Source of the DNA: Octopus sinensis
Lineage: Eukaryota
Reading direction: 5' to 3'
Assembly (NCBI RefSeq): GCF_006345805.1
Contig: NW_021836125.1
Location: 62,001-126,000, forward strand
DNA length: 64,000 nt
Below are positions 38,543-50,625 of this stretch, one piece after another (position 1 is the stretch's first letter; every line of letters starts with the position of its first letter). The notes under the pieces were generated by a model. That model was not told the DNA's origin. It saw only the letters and a list, made by a program, of their open reading frames with translations, and did not search any database. Both the position numbers and the translations under genes were made by a program.

Positions 38543-40124
38543 TAATACAATCACTAATCATTATATTATTATCTAAAATATTCTTATCTTTGTATTTAAT
38601 ACCTTGTATGCTTTGCAATAATGGAAACATTTCTAGATCATTAAGTTTTACATGATTCTTCCAAATATTTAGTTTCTGTTTAAATCCAAGTATTTTATCA
38701 GTTGAAGTTAACACATTCTCGAAATTTCCTTGTAAAGACTTATTTAACGAATTTATATGTTTGAATATATCAGTCAAATACGCCAACCTATAAAAATGTT
38801 ATGAATAATTATTCAGAATTACCTTAATAACCATTCTTTATTTTCGAAACATGAAACAAAGTAAATTTTATTTAACTGTCGAAAATACTGGCACATTTCT
38901 TCTTTTAGTTCATATACTCTGGCTAAAATTTTCCCTCGACTAAGCCATCTGATGTCTGTGTGGAATAATAGAGTGGTATGTTCTTTATCAAAATCTTGGC
39001 ACAAATTTTTAAATGATCGATAAAGAAGAGGCCTCTTTTTAATAAAATTGATCATTTTGATAACGTCAGTAAGAACATTTCTTAGTTCTTTTCCAAGAGT
39101 TTTAAAAACCAGCACTTCTCTGTGAATGAAGCAATGTGTTGTGATAATTTCATCATCATGTTTTGCAAAAGCGACAAATCCTAGATCCAACCATTGAGGG
39201 AGCACCATCTGTGCAAATCCCAACACAATTTTTCCATGATATATTATTCTGCTCGAAATATGTAGATACAAGATTGATATATCTTCTCCTTTGGTCGTAC
39301 AGTTTATTTGTTTGCAGCATAAAAAGTGTTCCTCAATCGTATTATCATTTACAAATCGAACAAATCTAATAACATGAGATTCTGAACAAAAATCTGTTGA
39401 TTCGTCCACCTGAATAGAAAAATTGCTATGAATTAGTTTTCCATTAACAAATTCTTCAATATTCTCAGATATGTCTTGTTCGATAATGGAATATTATCAA
39501 TCTGTTTGGTTGCTTCCTCCCCAAGAATTTTACTAACAATAATTTTGCAGGCGGGTAATATCAATTTTTCTCCAATAGTGTGATTCTTACGGTTTTTGGA
39601 TATGAGCTCGGCAACGAGGTAACTAGCTTCTAAAGCTCTGAGAAACGTGAAGTGTTTTAACGAATGTGGCACTTTGAGTCTCCTGGGATTTTAACATGTT
39701 CTTGAAATATGATGATTTCTTATCTCTTAAAGAAAAGTGCATAGTGGCTAAATGCCTTTTCATCTTAGACGGGACCATCCCATCATTTGAAAGAATTTTA
39801 CTGCATACAATACACCTTGGTAGTGGCAATGCACAATCTCCATTCCATGTAAATCCATAGTTCAAATATTTTTCAGAATAAATTCGTATTTTTTTTGTTT
39901 TTTTATTCGCCAAAGATTGAGGATGTGAACCACCAAAAAAATTGCTCATAACTAACTATTTTAATTTTAAAAATTTTTCAAGTTTTTTTAATTGAATTAA
40001 AATATTATTATACAACTATAAATAATTTTTAATTTTAAATATTAAAAATCTCGCGGCACCTAAAACCAGACCTCGCGGCACCTAAAGTGCCGCGGCACCC
40101 CGGTTGGGAATCGCTGTCTTACAC

Positions 40125-42500
40125 CGTTAAGAAAAGCCGACGCAATCTCCTCTCCTGACATCTCGCTGTGTACTCCAATTCTGGCCCCTGTTACTTCTTG
40201 GAAGGTTATTTACGACCTAAATTCTGACCACAACCTAATTATTATTGAGAATGCCCTAAAATCCAACATCGACATTCAACGCCGTTGTTATACAAATTAC
40301 AAAAGAGCTTCCTGGGACGATTACCGTCTCGCTCTAGAAAAATCACTGAATGATTTCAAAATTATCAACTTTCGTTTGACTGACGCAGCAGTTAATTATC
40401 TAAATGCACTTATCATCTCCACCCCCAAAAAATTCATTCCTCAACTAATTATAAACAATTTCTCCCAAAGTTACAGTCTCGCAATGGATTAAAAACTCCG
40501 AAAACTCCCCTGAAACTAGCCCTGACAACATTTCAATCTATCATCTCAAAAGATTAGGCCCTAATGCTATCAAAGCAAGTCTTTATTTTCAACAATTCTG
40601 TTGCGAAAAACGAAATACCATTCTTCTGGAAGAAATAATGTATCATCCCATCGATCAAACCAAACAAACCGGCTGGCATTCCAAGTTCCTACCGCTTAAT
40701 CTCTCTTCTGTGTACGCTAGCTAAAATCCTTGAAAGACTAATTCTTGCCCGAATATCCAATATTTGCCAACTTCCCATACTCAACATTGTTTTAAACCAC
40801 TTCACTCAACAACTATTCACTTAACAACACTTTCGCAATTTGTCCTTGACGGATTCAATGAGAAGAGACCCTAAAAACGAACAGTACTAGTTTCGATCGA
40901 TGTTTCAAAGGCGTTTGACAGCGTCCCTCGGTGTGGACTGATCAACAAAATTTTAAAGACAGACCTAAACTCAAACCTCAAATCCTGGATACGTCTCCCT
41001 TATGGACCACTGTTCAAAACAACGCTATCTTCCAAATGGGGTACCGCAGGGTTCTGTGTTGTCTCTGTCTCTGTTCAACTTATATTTACATTACTTTCCG
41101 GCTAATGACCCAAGGAACTTGACATTATCTTACGCAGATGACATTATCATTGCTTCTAAACATGCAGATTACATATCAACATCCAGCAACAACGATACTC
41201 TGTTGAAAATTGGTTCATTGAGAACAGACTTAAGCTTCGCCCTCGAAATCATCGGTCACCTTATTTTCTTCCGACAGAAGACAATCAAACCTTCACACAA
41301 AGTTATCCTTCTTTGGTTCTGCCCTTAAATTATGAAAAAACCCTACTAGTGAAGCCTATACTCTTATATAACGCCGGAACTTGAGGACTTTCCGCTACAG
41401 ACAATGACAACCTAGACTCATTCCATAGAGATCACCTCCGACGTACTCTAGCCTCCAAGTGGCATTCAAGGCTGAGTAGCAGAACAGTTTATGCCAGAAC
41501 ATCAAGCAAACCAATACGCTCGAAATTACCGAATGCAGATGGAGGCTGTTTGGACACATTCTAAGGATGGATTTGGATGCTCCGGCAAACGCCGCTATGG
41601 AGGACTATTTCGAAGCTGGGGGCCATCGTTTCCGTGGGCGACTAAGAAATACTCTCCCGGGTATGCTAGACCTAAAGAGGGCTGGTAAAGAATTGAAGGA
41701 CGGGGACGATCTCAATGCACTACGGGACGTCGCCCAAGATCACGGGAAATAGAATAAACTAATTACTCTTATTGTTTCCTGTGCTGCACAAACTTTGTCA
41801 TGATCCATGGCATCGCAAAAGTGCCTATTATAATAATAAAAACCCTTCTATCCTCGGACTTACTTTTGATCCAACTATGTCCTTCAACAAGCATGTCTCT
41901 AGCATTTCTGACAAGGCAAACAGACCCACAAACATACAAAAAGCAATAAGTGGTCACATTACAGGTGTCCAAAAGCCACTCCTCAAACGAGTTTCCAAAC
42001 AATACATACGCCCCGTATTAAGTTATGCAAGTCCAAGCTGGGCCCCTTGCCTATCTACAAGCTCGAAAATGTCACTTCAATCAGTACAAAACAAGGCTAT
42101 GCGCACAATATCTGAGTGTCTGAAATCAACCCCAATTAATAACCTCCACTGTGAAAAAAACCTTTTGCCAATTGAAGATCATCTAAATATGAGAGGAGCG
42201 CAATGTATATTTGCATCTCAAATTCCATATTATTGTTCTGCTCTATATGTGCTAAACGGCAATTCTCGTTCAGTGAAGAACACGCCAGCAAATCTATATT
42301 CCCGGATCCTTGCTAAAATTGATGGCCTGCACCAATGTCTATATCCAATGAAGAGAATTCGCGATTCGATATATACTTCAGCAATTCTTAAGCTGACGCC
42401 TAACCCCGTACTCGATAAACCTCCTCCTGAAGTTCACTTTTCTAAATTGCTTCTCGACCGTTCGGCTCAGACAATTTTTTGGGTTTATCTATTGTAGATT
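40125..42500 (+). mobile_element. Degenerate Jockey/I-like LINE ORF2 (APE tail, RT), copy A
   Basis: SDHNL, YRLISLLC, IDVSKAFDSV, GVPQGSVLS, SYADDII, ILGLTFD and YASPSW motifs. Confidence 0.88.
41345..41846 (+). mobile_element. 5-prime-truncated RTE-like insertion in the LINE (copy A)
   Basis: VKPILLYNAGTW and RWRLFGHILRM motifs, a (TAA)n tail and TSD AAAAACCCT. The host LINE frame (K(N/T)P|(S/T)ILGLTFD) rejoins across it. Confidence 0.8.
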
Positions 42501-42888
42501 CGAAGTCTCACTCGAATTTGTCCCTAGTAAATACAACCTTTTTAGTTTTCCTACGGGAAGTGTATTTAGAGACTTTTCATTTCGTTTCTTTCAAATTCAT
42601 GTGACTCGATATTAATAAGACCTGTATAACAATTGTACAACGATACTCCAATTTTTTTGATCGAATTATTAATTGAATCTAGATTTTAATTTGCATAGAT
42701 GCTACTTCAAAAATTTTATTTATAACCTATGTTAATAGACAACTATCCAAATCATAGTTTCTAGCACATCCAAATATCCTTCAAACTCATCAAAAAATCG
42801 AGCTTTGTGTGCCAAAGACTTTTGAATCAATTAAAAACAAGCACTAGAATTATTAGAGTTTGAATGGATTTAAATGGATTTAAAAAAC

Positions 42889-42960
42889 GGGGATGTGGTC
42901 TAGTGGTATGACATCTGCTTTGCATGCTGAAGGTCCTGGGTTCGATTCCCAGCATCTCCA
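42889..42960 (+). tRNA. tRNA-Ala(TGC)
   Basis: Cloverleaf with GGGGATG/CATCTCC acceptor stem and G3:U70, anticodon TGC, TTCGATT T-loop and a downstream T-run terminator. Confidence 0.92.
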
Positions 42961-43118
42961 ATTTTTTATTAAATATTTTTTAATTATAAAGAAATTTAGT
43001 TTACCCGAAGAACAAACAGAGATTATATTTTCAACAATTTCTCTTTTAAGTGATCGTATGAATCTCTGATTCCTTACAGACTTAAAACTTAAGTGGTTTC
43101 TGAAAAGAAGCTTCTCAA

Positions 43119-45764
43119 TCTTAATAATAAAATGGTATGGTGTGTGTCTGTCTGTCTGTCTGTGTGTGCACACCAACTTCAAATTGGCAATACGATGTCC
43201 TCGACTTACATGATGAGGTCCTTAAAACCTTCCCCCCAAAAAAATTAAAAAAAAATTTTCTGCATTTTGGTTAAAATGAACAACTACAATGTCCTCGACT
43301 TACATGATGAAGTCCTTAAAACCTTCCCCCCCAAAAAAATTAAAAAAAAATTTTCTGCATTTTGGTTAAAATGAACAACTACAATGTCCTCGACTTACAT
43401 GATGAAGTCCTTAAAACCTTCCCCCCCAAAAAAAATTAAAAAAAAATTTTCTGCATTTTGGTTAGAATGAACAACTACAATGTCCTCGACTTACATGATG
43501 AAGTCCTTAAAACCTTCCCCCCAAAAAAAATTAAAAAAAAATTTTCTGCATTTTGGTTAAAATGAACAACTACAATGTCCTCGACTTACATGATGAAGTC
43601 CTTAAAACCTTCCCCCCAAAAAAATTAAAAAAAAATTTCTGCATTTTGGTTAAAATGAACAACTACGATGTCCTCGACTTACATGATGAAGTCCTTAAAC
43701 CTTCCCCCCAAAAAAAATTAAAAAAAAATTTCTGCATTTTGGTTAAAATGAACAACTACGATGTCCTCGACTTACATGATGAGGTCCTTAAAACCTTCCC
43801 CCCAAAAAAAATTAAAAAAAAAATTTTCTGCATTTTGGTTAAAATGAACAACTACGATGTCCTCGACTTACATGATGAAGTCCTTAAAACCTTCCCCCCC
43901 AAAAAAATTAAAAAAAAATTTTCTGCATTTTGGTTAAAATGAACAACTACAATGTCCTCGACTTACATGATGAAGTCCTTAAAACCTTCCCCCCCAAAAA
44001 AAATTAAAAAAAAAATTTCTGCATTTTGGTTAAAATGAACAACTACGATGTCCTCGACTTACATGATGAAGTCCTTAAAACCTTCCCCCAAAAAAAAATT
44101 AAAAAAAAATTTCTGCATTTTGGTTAAAATGAACAACTACGATGTCCTCGACTTACATGATGAGGTCCTTAAAACCTTCCCCCCAAAAAAAATTAAAAAA
44201 AAAATTTTCTGCATTTTGGTTAAAATGAACAACTACGATGTCCTCGACTTACATGATGAGGTCCTTAAAACCTTCCCGCCAAAAAATCAAAAAATTATTT
44301 TCTGCATTTTGATTAAAATGAACAACGTTAATGTCCTCGACATTCATGATGAGGCCTATTAAAACCTTCGAGGCAAAAATCTCACGTATTAAGAATATCC
44401 TTGATGAAAACGACAGCAAAAATATTAACAATGATGAATTCCCGATTATTCGCGATAAAGAAATTCAATTCATCCTATGATTTTCTCTTTAAAATTAAAT
44501 GCATATATCATTATCGACCATGAATCAAAATTAAAGCTATTATCATATTTGACTTTGACAGAATGTGCAATTACAGATTGCACGACCTTGAATAGAGTGT
44601 GCAATTAACAGATTTTGAAAAACACTTTGATAGTTAAAACCACATTAGCACAATCATTAACACAATTTACCACCAATTGACAGCGCAATCAGAAGAATTT
44701 GCGTAAAAATATTAACTATTTAGTTAAGTTTTTCGTAAAGATAGAATTTATTTTTGGTATGCCTCTTTTCCTAAACTTTTTTATTATTCAAAAATAATTT
44801 TTTAAATAGATAACCGAAGGAGGAAAAACGAAGCTGAAGAAAAAACGGTCAGCTTAAGGTAATTAATTAAATCTTTTTTGTGTGTCGCTTTTTTGGCTGC
44901 TGCTACTCTGCCTGCCGCATCTCCGGCTGCCCCATTTCCGCCAGTGGTTTCTCTAATCAAGGTCACTAAGCTAAATCTCCGGACTATAAAGGTTCTTAAG
45001 CATTATCTTAATTGGCTGTTAAAAAATTAGACTGGTTGTTGCCGTGGCGGCAGAGATTTTTTTTGTTTATACCATTTTACAAATTTTTAAAGTTTTTTTT
45101 TTGTTTTTTTTTATTTTTTTGTTTTTAAATTATTCATTTTTATTTGTTTTTCTTTATTTTTTTGTTATTTTCTAAAAATTCAACCGGATTGAATTTTTAA
45201 ACTCCTTAGATCCCTCTGGAATGCCGAATCATCTTTTAAAGTTAAAGATAGGCGTTCCAGTGGTTTTATTACGAAATCTTGCGCCACCTAAATTATGCAA
45301 CGGAACGAGGTTAGTTATCAAAAATTTGATAGCTAACGTAATAGAGGCGACGATATTAACAGGTAAGTATAGAGGTGAGGATGTTTATATTCCACGAATT
45401 CCGATAATTTCTGATGAATTACCATGTAGATTTAAAAGGCTGCAATTTCCTTTGAGGATGAGTTTTGCAATGACAATAAACAAGGCCCAGGGACAGTCAT
45501 TAAAGGTAGTTGGGTTATTTTTAGAGAGTGAGTGCTTTTCACATGGACAGCTGTATGTGGGATGCTCGAGGGTAGGCAGAAGAGAAAATTTATTCATATA
45601 TGCCAAGGAAGGACGGACGACAAACATCGTTTATCAACAGGCGATAGAATAGGGTTACATTAAACCAGGTAGTTTTATACATCTACATAAACTTATAGTT
45701 GTTTGATGAAACAGGCCCTCCGAAGGAGCTAGGTCGCGGTGAGCGAAGCGAGCTGCCGAGCTAG
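43119..45764 (+). mobile_element. Non-autonomous Helitron, copy A
   Basis: A|TC 5-prime end with a (GTCT)n tract, and a 3-prime GC hairpin followed by CTAG|T. PIF1 helicase C-terminus at 45188-45652 ([37 protein letters not shown]). Confidence 0.9.
43191..44360 (+). repeat. ~95-bp tandem minisatellite, 13 units
   Basis: Counted GTCCTCGAC anchors at 93-96 bp spacing. Units differ mainly in C- and A-run lengths. Confidence 0.95.
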
Positions 45765-46883
45765 TTCTGAATAAAACTGATCTAGTCGTTCGTTAAAAAG
45801 TACATAAAACACAAATCTATTTGATGAATTAGCTTTACTTTAAACAACTTGTGGTCTTCATTCCATCCTATACAAAAGTGGTACGGAGGATTTTGTGAAT
45901 GTTAAAAACCCTAGTTACTCGCTTGTTGGCCAAGACCGTAAAGACGGGGGAGAGAAAGAACATTTTGAGTGAGCTGTCTTTTATCAGCAACGGTATTTTT
46001 GTGCTTGTATGTGGTAAGCGCAATAGTCCAGAGAATGTAGTCCAGGGAGTTGCTCGATCCATTGCTCATTTGAATACTTACTATAATGCTCCTATTCAAT
46101 ATTAATATCAAATTTTCCATTCTTCTTGTGCTTTGAAATTTTATTTTTGTCAACCAACAAAAAAATGCTTATCAACCAGTCAAGACAACTATTAATAAAT
46201 TAGATAGGCTCGACTACCAATCTTGAATATTTGATCGAATGATACAAAAAGGAATTCCTTTACTCCCCGGATCAACGATGTCCAAGCAGATACATAATCA
46301 TATTTCCACTCAGGCCATCAGATCACTTAAACAAAATAAGCTACTAGACTCTGCTTCAAATTTACAATTACAAACTTCAAATGTCATTATTAATTGACAA
46401 ATTGACTTGAAAATGGTATAGACTCTGCACCTCCTCTTAAATCCGAATCCAGCAAGTATGGAGTTGGATGCAGCACTGTATCAGACATACGTAAAAAGGC
46501 TGATTTTTATTTGGAATTTGGAATTATTCATTTTCACGAGTTGGATAATATCCCTTTCAACGTTATTTTACAAAAATAGAAGAATTGTTTCGGTTATCTT
46601 ATTTTTACAAGTTGCAAATAATTGATTAAATATATATTTCAGAAATGATTTTGCTCAAACTTACTAAAAATGAACTTGAGGAAATTAAAAATTCAATTGG
46701 ATGTACTTTTTATTGACCGATTGGAGAAATCCAAAAAAATAAAACAAATTATCAAAACAGTTAATTTTTGAATATGAATACATAGTATTTATAAAATACA
46801 AAAACCAGAAGAAATAGTATATCTAAAATACAAAAACCAATGTCCCTACGTATGGTATTTGATAACCACTTTGTTCCCAAGTA

Positions 46884-47710
46884 CAGTTTACCCTCTATTG
46901 CTCGCCAATTCTATTGCTCGCCATTTCTATAACTCGCCACTTTTTTGGAAAAAATGCCATTTTTACTAAGGAAATTCCATTGCTCGCCAAATTCTCTTAC
47001 TCGCCACGTTTTAGTATTAAAAAATTAAAATTTATTATTAAAAAAATAATTTTTTCAAATATTTATACCGCGTGTTTTTTTTGTAACATGAGGAAGTGCT
47101 CAAGATTATCTTATGATCAAAAAAGAGAAATTATAAATTATCTTATTGATAATTCTTCTCTAAGTCTAAGGCGTGTTTCAAAAATTTTTTCGTCGCGTTT
47201 AAAAAAATCAATTTCGAGACGTGCAATTAACGATCTTAAATTGAACAAACAGAAGATTCTTGGAATTAATCCAATTTATGGGAGAAGTTCTCGTTTTTCG
47301 AAACTTAGATATTCAGCAATTGATTCTGAAATCATTGCCTGGATAGATTACATGGAATCTATTGGAGTTTGCCTCAATGATGAGATAATTTTGTCGAAAG
47401 CAACTGAAATTGCTGTGTTAAACGGTCTCTTCGAATTTAAAGCCAGTAAAGGATGGCTTGAAAAGTTCAAAAAAAGGCACAATGTAAAACTAAGAATTTT
47501 TCATGGTGAATTGGGATATACTGCGGATGAGTTCAAAGACCAAATCGAAGACTTTAAAAAAATTATCTCTTCTAAAATAAATGAATATGGTTCAGAAAAT
47601 GTTTATAATGCCGACGAAACCTGCGTATTTTACAAGACCATTCCATCAAAAAGTGTCTGCAGGAAACTTTGACCAGGACAAAATTACTTAAAGATAGGTT
47701 TAACATTTTT
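46884..47710 (+). mobile_element. pogo/Tigger-like transposon 5-prime half, copy A
   Basis: TA|CAGTTTACCCTC terminus with subterminal ATTGCTCGCCA repeats. ORF from 47088 with HTH-psq and CENP-B HTH (FKASKGWLEKFKKRH) and NADET; truncated. Confidence 0.85.
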
Positions 47711-48525
47711 AGCCAATTTTCAGTGCCTTCTGCAAGATAGAAATTTGTTTTTTGCAAACACGAGGCCGTTATGCAATCATTGTAAAAAAAAGTAAACAAA
47801 CTGTTGATCATCTGGCCACTCAGTGTGGTAAAATGCTCAATAGCGATTATCTCCGAAGACATGACGAGGTGGTTAAATGTGTCCATCTTCATATTTGTCG
47901 AATGTATGGAATCAAAAAGAACAGGAAATTAAAGACTCATTCAGTTCAGTCGATATTGTCAACTCAAAATGTAGAAATTAAAGTTGACACGTCAATTATA
48001 ACAGAAAATAAAGTCAACTTCAATAAACCGGATATCTTTGTTTATGACAAGATTAAAAAGGAAATAACCTTAATCGAGGTGGGCATAACATCTCAGGACC
48101 GCTTAAAACAAGTGGAAGTTGAGAAACTTCACAAATATGATTTCCTTGCAAATGAACTATCACTACTCTACGAATGCCAAGTTAAAATTATTCCCGTGGT
48201 TCTGACCTGGGATGGTGTTGTCACAAGATGCTTCAAAAATTATATGGATAAACTATATATTGAAAAATCTACAATGACATACATCCAATCGGTTGTGCTC
48301 AAAAGGACGCTAGAGAGCATGATAATTGAACACAAGCATGGAATGAAGATAACTGGCGAGGAATATGCCTCTGCGACCGATCAACTAGTAGAAATGGCAT
48401 GCCGCCAGGACACTCCATTCAAAGATAAAAGACGCACAACAACTGACGCAGAGATAGAGAATGAAGAGGAACAAGCAGCAGACTCTTCTCCTAAAAGGAG
48501 AAGAGAGACTACCAATCAGGATTGA
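47711..48525 (+). mobile_element. R4-like non-LTR 3-prime end (CCHC and RLE), copy A
   Basis: CNHC...HLATQC, YLRRHDEVV, KPDIF, IEVGIT and EKLHKYD. Confidence 0.88.
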
Positions 48526-48616
48526 AAATCCTAATTAAATATCTTAACCTTAATTAAATTTTGGTTTAATAAATTATTAATTATATTATTTAGTATTTAG
48601 TTGTTGTGGTGTGTGC

Positions 48617-49905
48617 ATGTACGTTTCCAAGCAGTTAAGGAAAACGAAACCTACGGGCCTTCCTGCAAATAAAAAGAACTTAAAAAGACAGGACCGTCGC
48701 CTATGGGACCTCACAATGCCACAAGAGCTAATGGTGTTAAAGAAGATCTTGTTGGTGATGCTGCCAAAACTAACTTGCATTCTCTTTCTGCGATCATCGG
48801 AAATGTCAATGGTGTCTCTGAAGGCGAATGGGTGTCTCAGATTGCCCTTGCCGCGAAGCAAAGACTTGGAAGGATGCCAAGAGGTGGTTGGAACCTTGTC
48901 CTGGAGAAGTTCAATGAGAAGTACTCGGCAAAGTGCTCCAGTTTATGCCAACTAAAGAGCATGGCTAGACGGAATAACAATGTGCAAGGGAGATGCGACT
49001 CTTTCAGAGTGCAAGATGATGTGGACGTAGAAATTTCCAGTTTCAGAAATTGCCTAGAGGAACTCAAATTCCAAATTGGGAAAGTTCAGTCTATTCAGAG
49101 AGACTCTCGAAAGCCAACTCCAAAGGTGCAACGAAGGATGGTAAAAACTGATATCCTGGCTGGATTAAATTCTGCAATTTATCATATTACAAAAGATGAT
49201 CCGCCCCAAGATATTAATCAAATTACCGATATTTTATATGCTGCACAGTGTGCTTATTTGGTCTTAACTACGAGAGCCAGACCACAGAGCACATGGTTGG
49301 AGAACACGGAAAGAAAAATCTCTAAATTAGCAGATGAAATTGACACAGTTCGTTCCTTCTCCAAACAAACCTTGCCTCAGGCAGAAAAGCAAAAGGCAAT
49401 GGATGTTCTCTGCCGCTACGGATATAAGAAGTCTAAGAAGGGGGAGCTAACCAGAATTGAGACTCTATTGAATGATCTAATTAGAATCAAAAAGAAACAG
49501 ATATCTATCCATTCCTCGAGGAAAAATTTCCGGAAAGACAATGCGTGTTTTGAATTAAACCGCAGAAGATTTTATCGAAACTTATCTTCGAGCACCGAAG
49601 CCACCCTGTATGGGTTTGGTGATGGTGAGTGCTTATCATTTTGGGAAGATGTCTGGAGCAAGAAAAATATGGGGCCCGTAGTTTATGATTTTGTGGGTGT
49701 GAGGTGTACTGGCGCTGAAACCATGCGACCTCAATTCACAAGTGATTTTATTATGGATATGCTCAAATATGCATCTGACTGGAAGGCATGCGGATGCGAC
49801 GGAACGTATAACTTTTTCTTAAAAAAGATGGATTCTTTGCATGGGTTTCTGTGTAAAGAGATAGTCCGAATAATTAATGGAGAGTACACGCCTGATAGCT
49901 GGTCA
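48617..49905 (+). mobile_element. R4-like non-LTR 5-prime ORF (N-terminus to start of RT), copy A
   Basis: LYAAQ, STWLENTERKISKL, FELNRRRFYRNL, FWEDVW and DWKACGCDGTYNFFLK. It stops before the RT core. Confidence 0.82.
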
Positions 49906-50603
49906 ACATACTGCCGTTAAATTGCTTGAAGAAATATGGAAAGAAGAGAATTAAAAAAACAGATTAATTCAAAATTAAAGTTATTTTTATAATTTTTTTA
50001 TTCTTGATTTGCTAATTTTAATTTCTTCCCCGGTTTCTAAATCGTTAATTTTAGCGCATAACCCTAACCCTAGATTTTCCGACTCAATTTTTAGTATCCT
50101 AACCATCAGACAAGAAAACGGAAACGTTTAATGATAAAACAATAATAATAAATTAAAATAAATAAATATTTTTTTAATTAATTCAGTAAGATTTTCGGTT
50201 AAATTAATAAAAATCATAAGTTTAACAAATGATTAAAGATGATTAATGTAGATCATCACCCCGGACGATATAAACTGCCCGGACGATATAAGACACGACA
50301 ATAAATAATAAATATTTTAAAAATTTCATATTGTCTTCAAGTACACTTCATCAATGCAGTTTTCTCCTCGTCACACGACGTAGCAAAATTTTCCTGCCAA
50401 CTTCTTAAATGAATATTATTTTCTAGTAGTGTCCTCAGTTAGTGTTTTTTAATGTCAAATTGCTCCTTGTCAAATCGAACGTCAACAAGCTCTAGCATGA
50501 TAGTTCGGGTTAACTACGACTTTCAGTTGCTATTTTCAAAAAGTTTGTCCTCCCGATCTTCGGGATGGGCTTATTGAGGCAAATAATAAAGTAACATTTA
50601 TAA

Positions 50604-50625
50604 CAGTGGTTCTCAAACTTTTTCC
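50604..50625. mobile_element. Solo hAT-like terminus
   Basis: CAGTGGTTCTCAAAC; no partner TIR seen. Confidence 0.45.

Larger units (their letters stand above)
36142..40116 (-). mobile_element. hAT transposon (Charlie/Buster, ZBED5-like) interrupted by a Tc1
   Basis: TIRs CAGCG(T/A)TTCCCAACC and a perfect 8-bp TSD TCTTACAC. Motifs KYLNYGF..CIVC, DESTD, HCFIHRE, IRWLSRG and FSTSYKCEQAFS. The frame rejoins as SDC|ISHL across the Tc1. Confidence 0.93.

Noticed and set aside
42960-43119. Helitron targeting downstream of a tRNA
   Set aside because: The two instances are one event duplicated, so there is no independent evidence.
43191-44360. CRISPR-like array
   Set aside because: Whole units repeat with no unique spacers, the context is eukaryotic, and there are no cas genes.
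45850-46500. APE-like (SYSLVGQDRKDGG, SDH) and pogo HTH (KYGVGCSTVSDIRKK) traces
   Set aside because: Too degraded to delimit as features.
50058-50072. Telomeric TAACCCTAACCCTA (also ~63641) and hAT TSD AGTTAGGG
   Set aside because: Only about 2 units, which is too short to call an interstitial telomere or telomere targeting.
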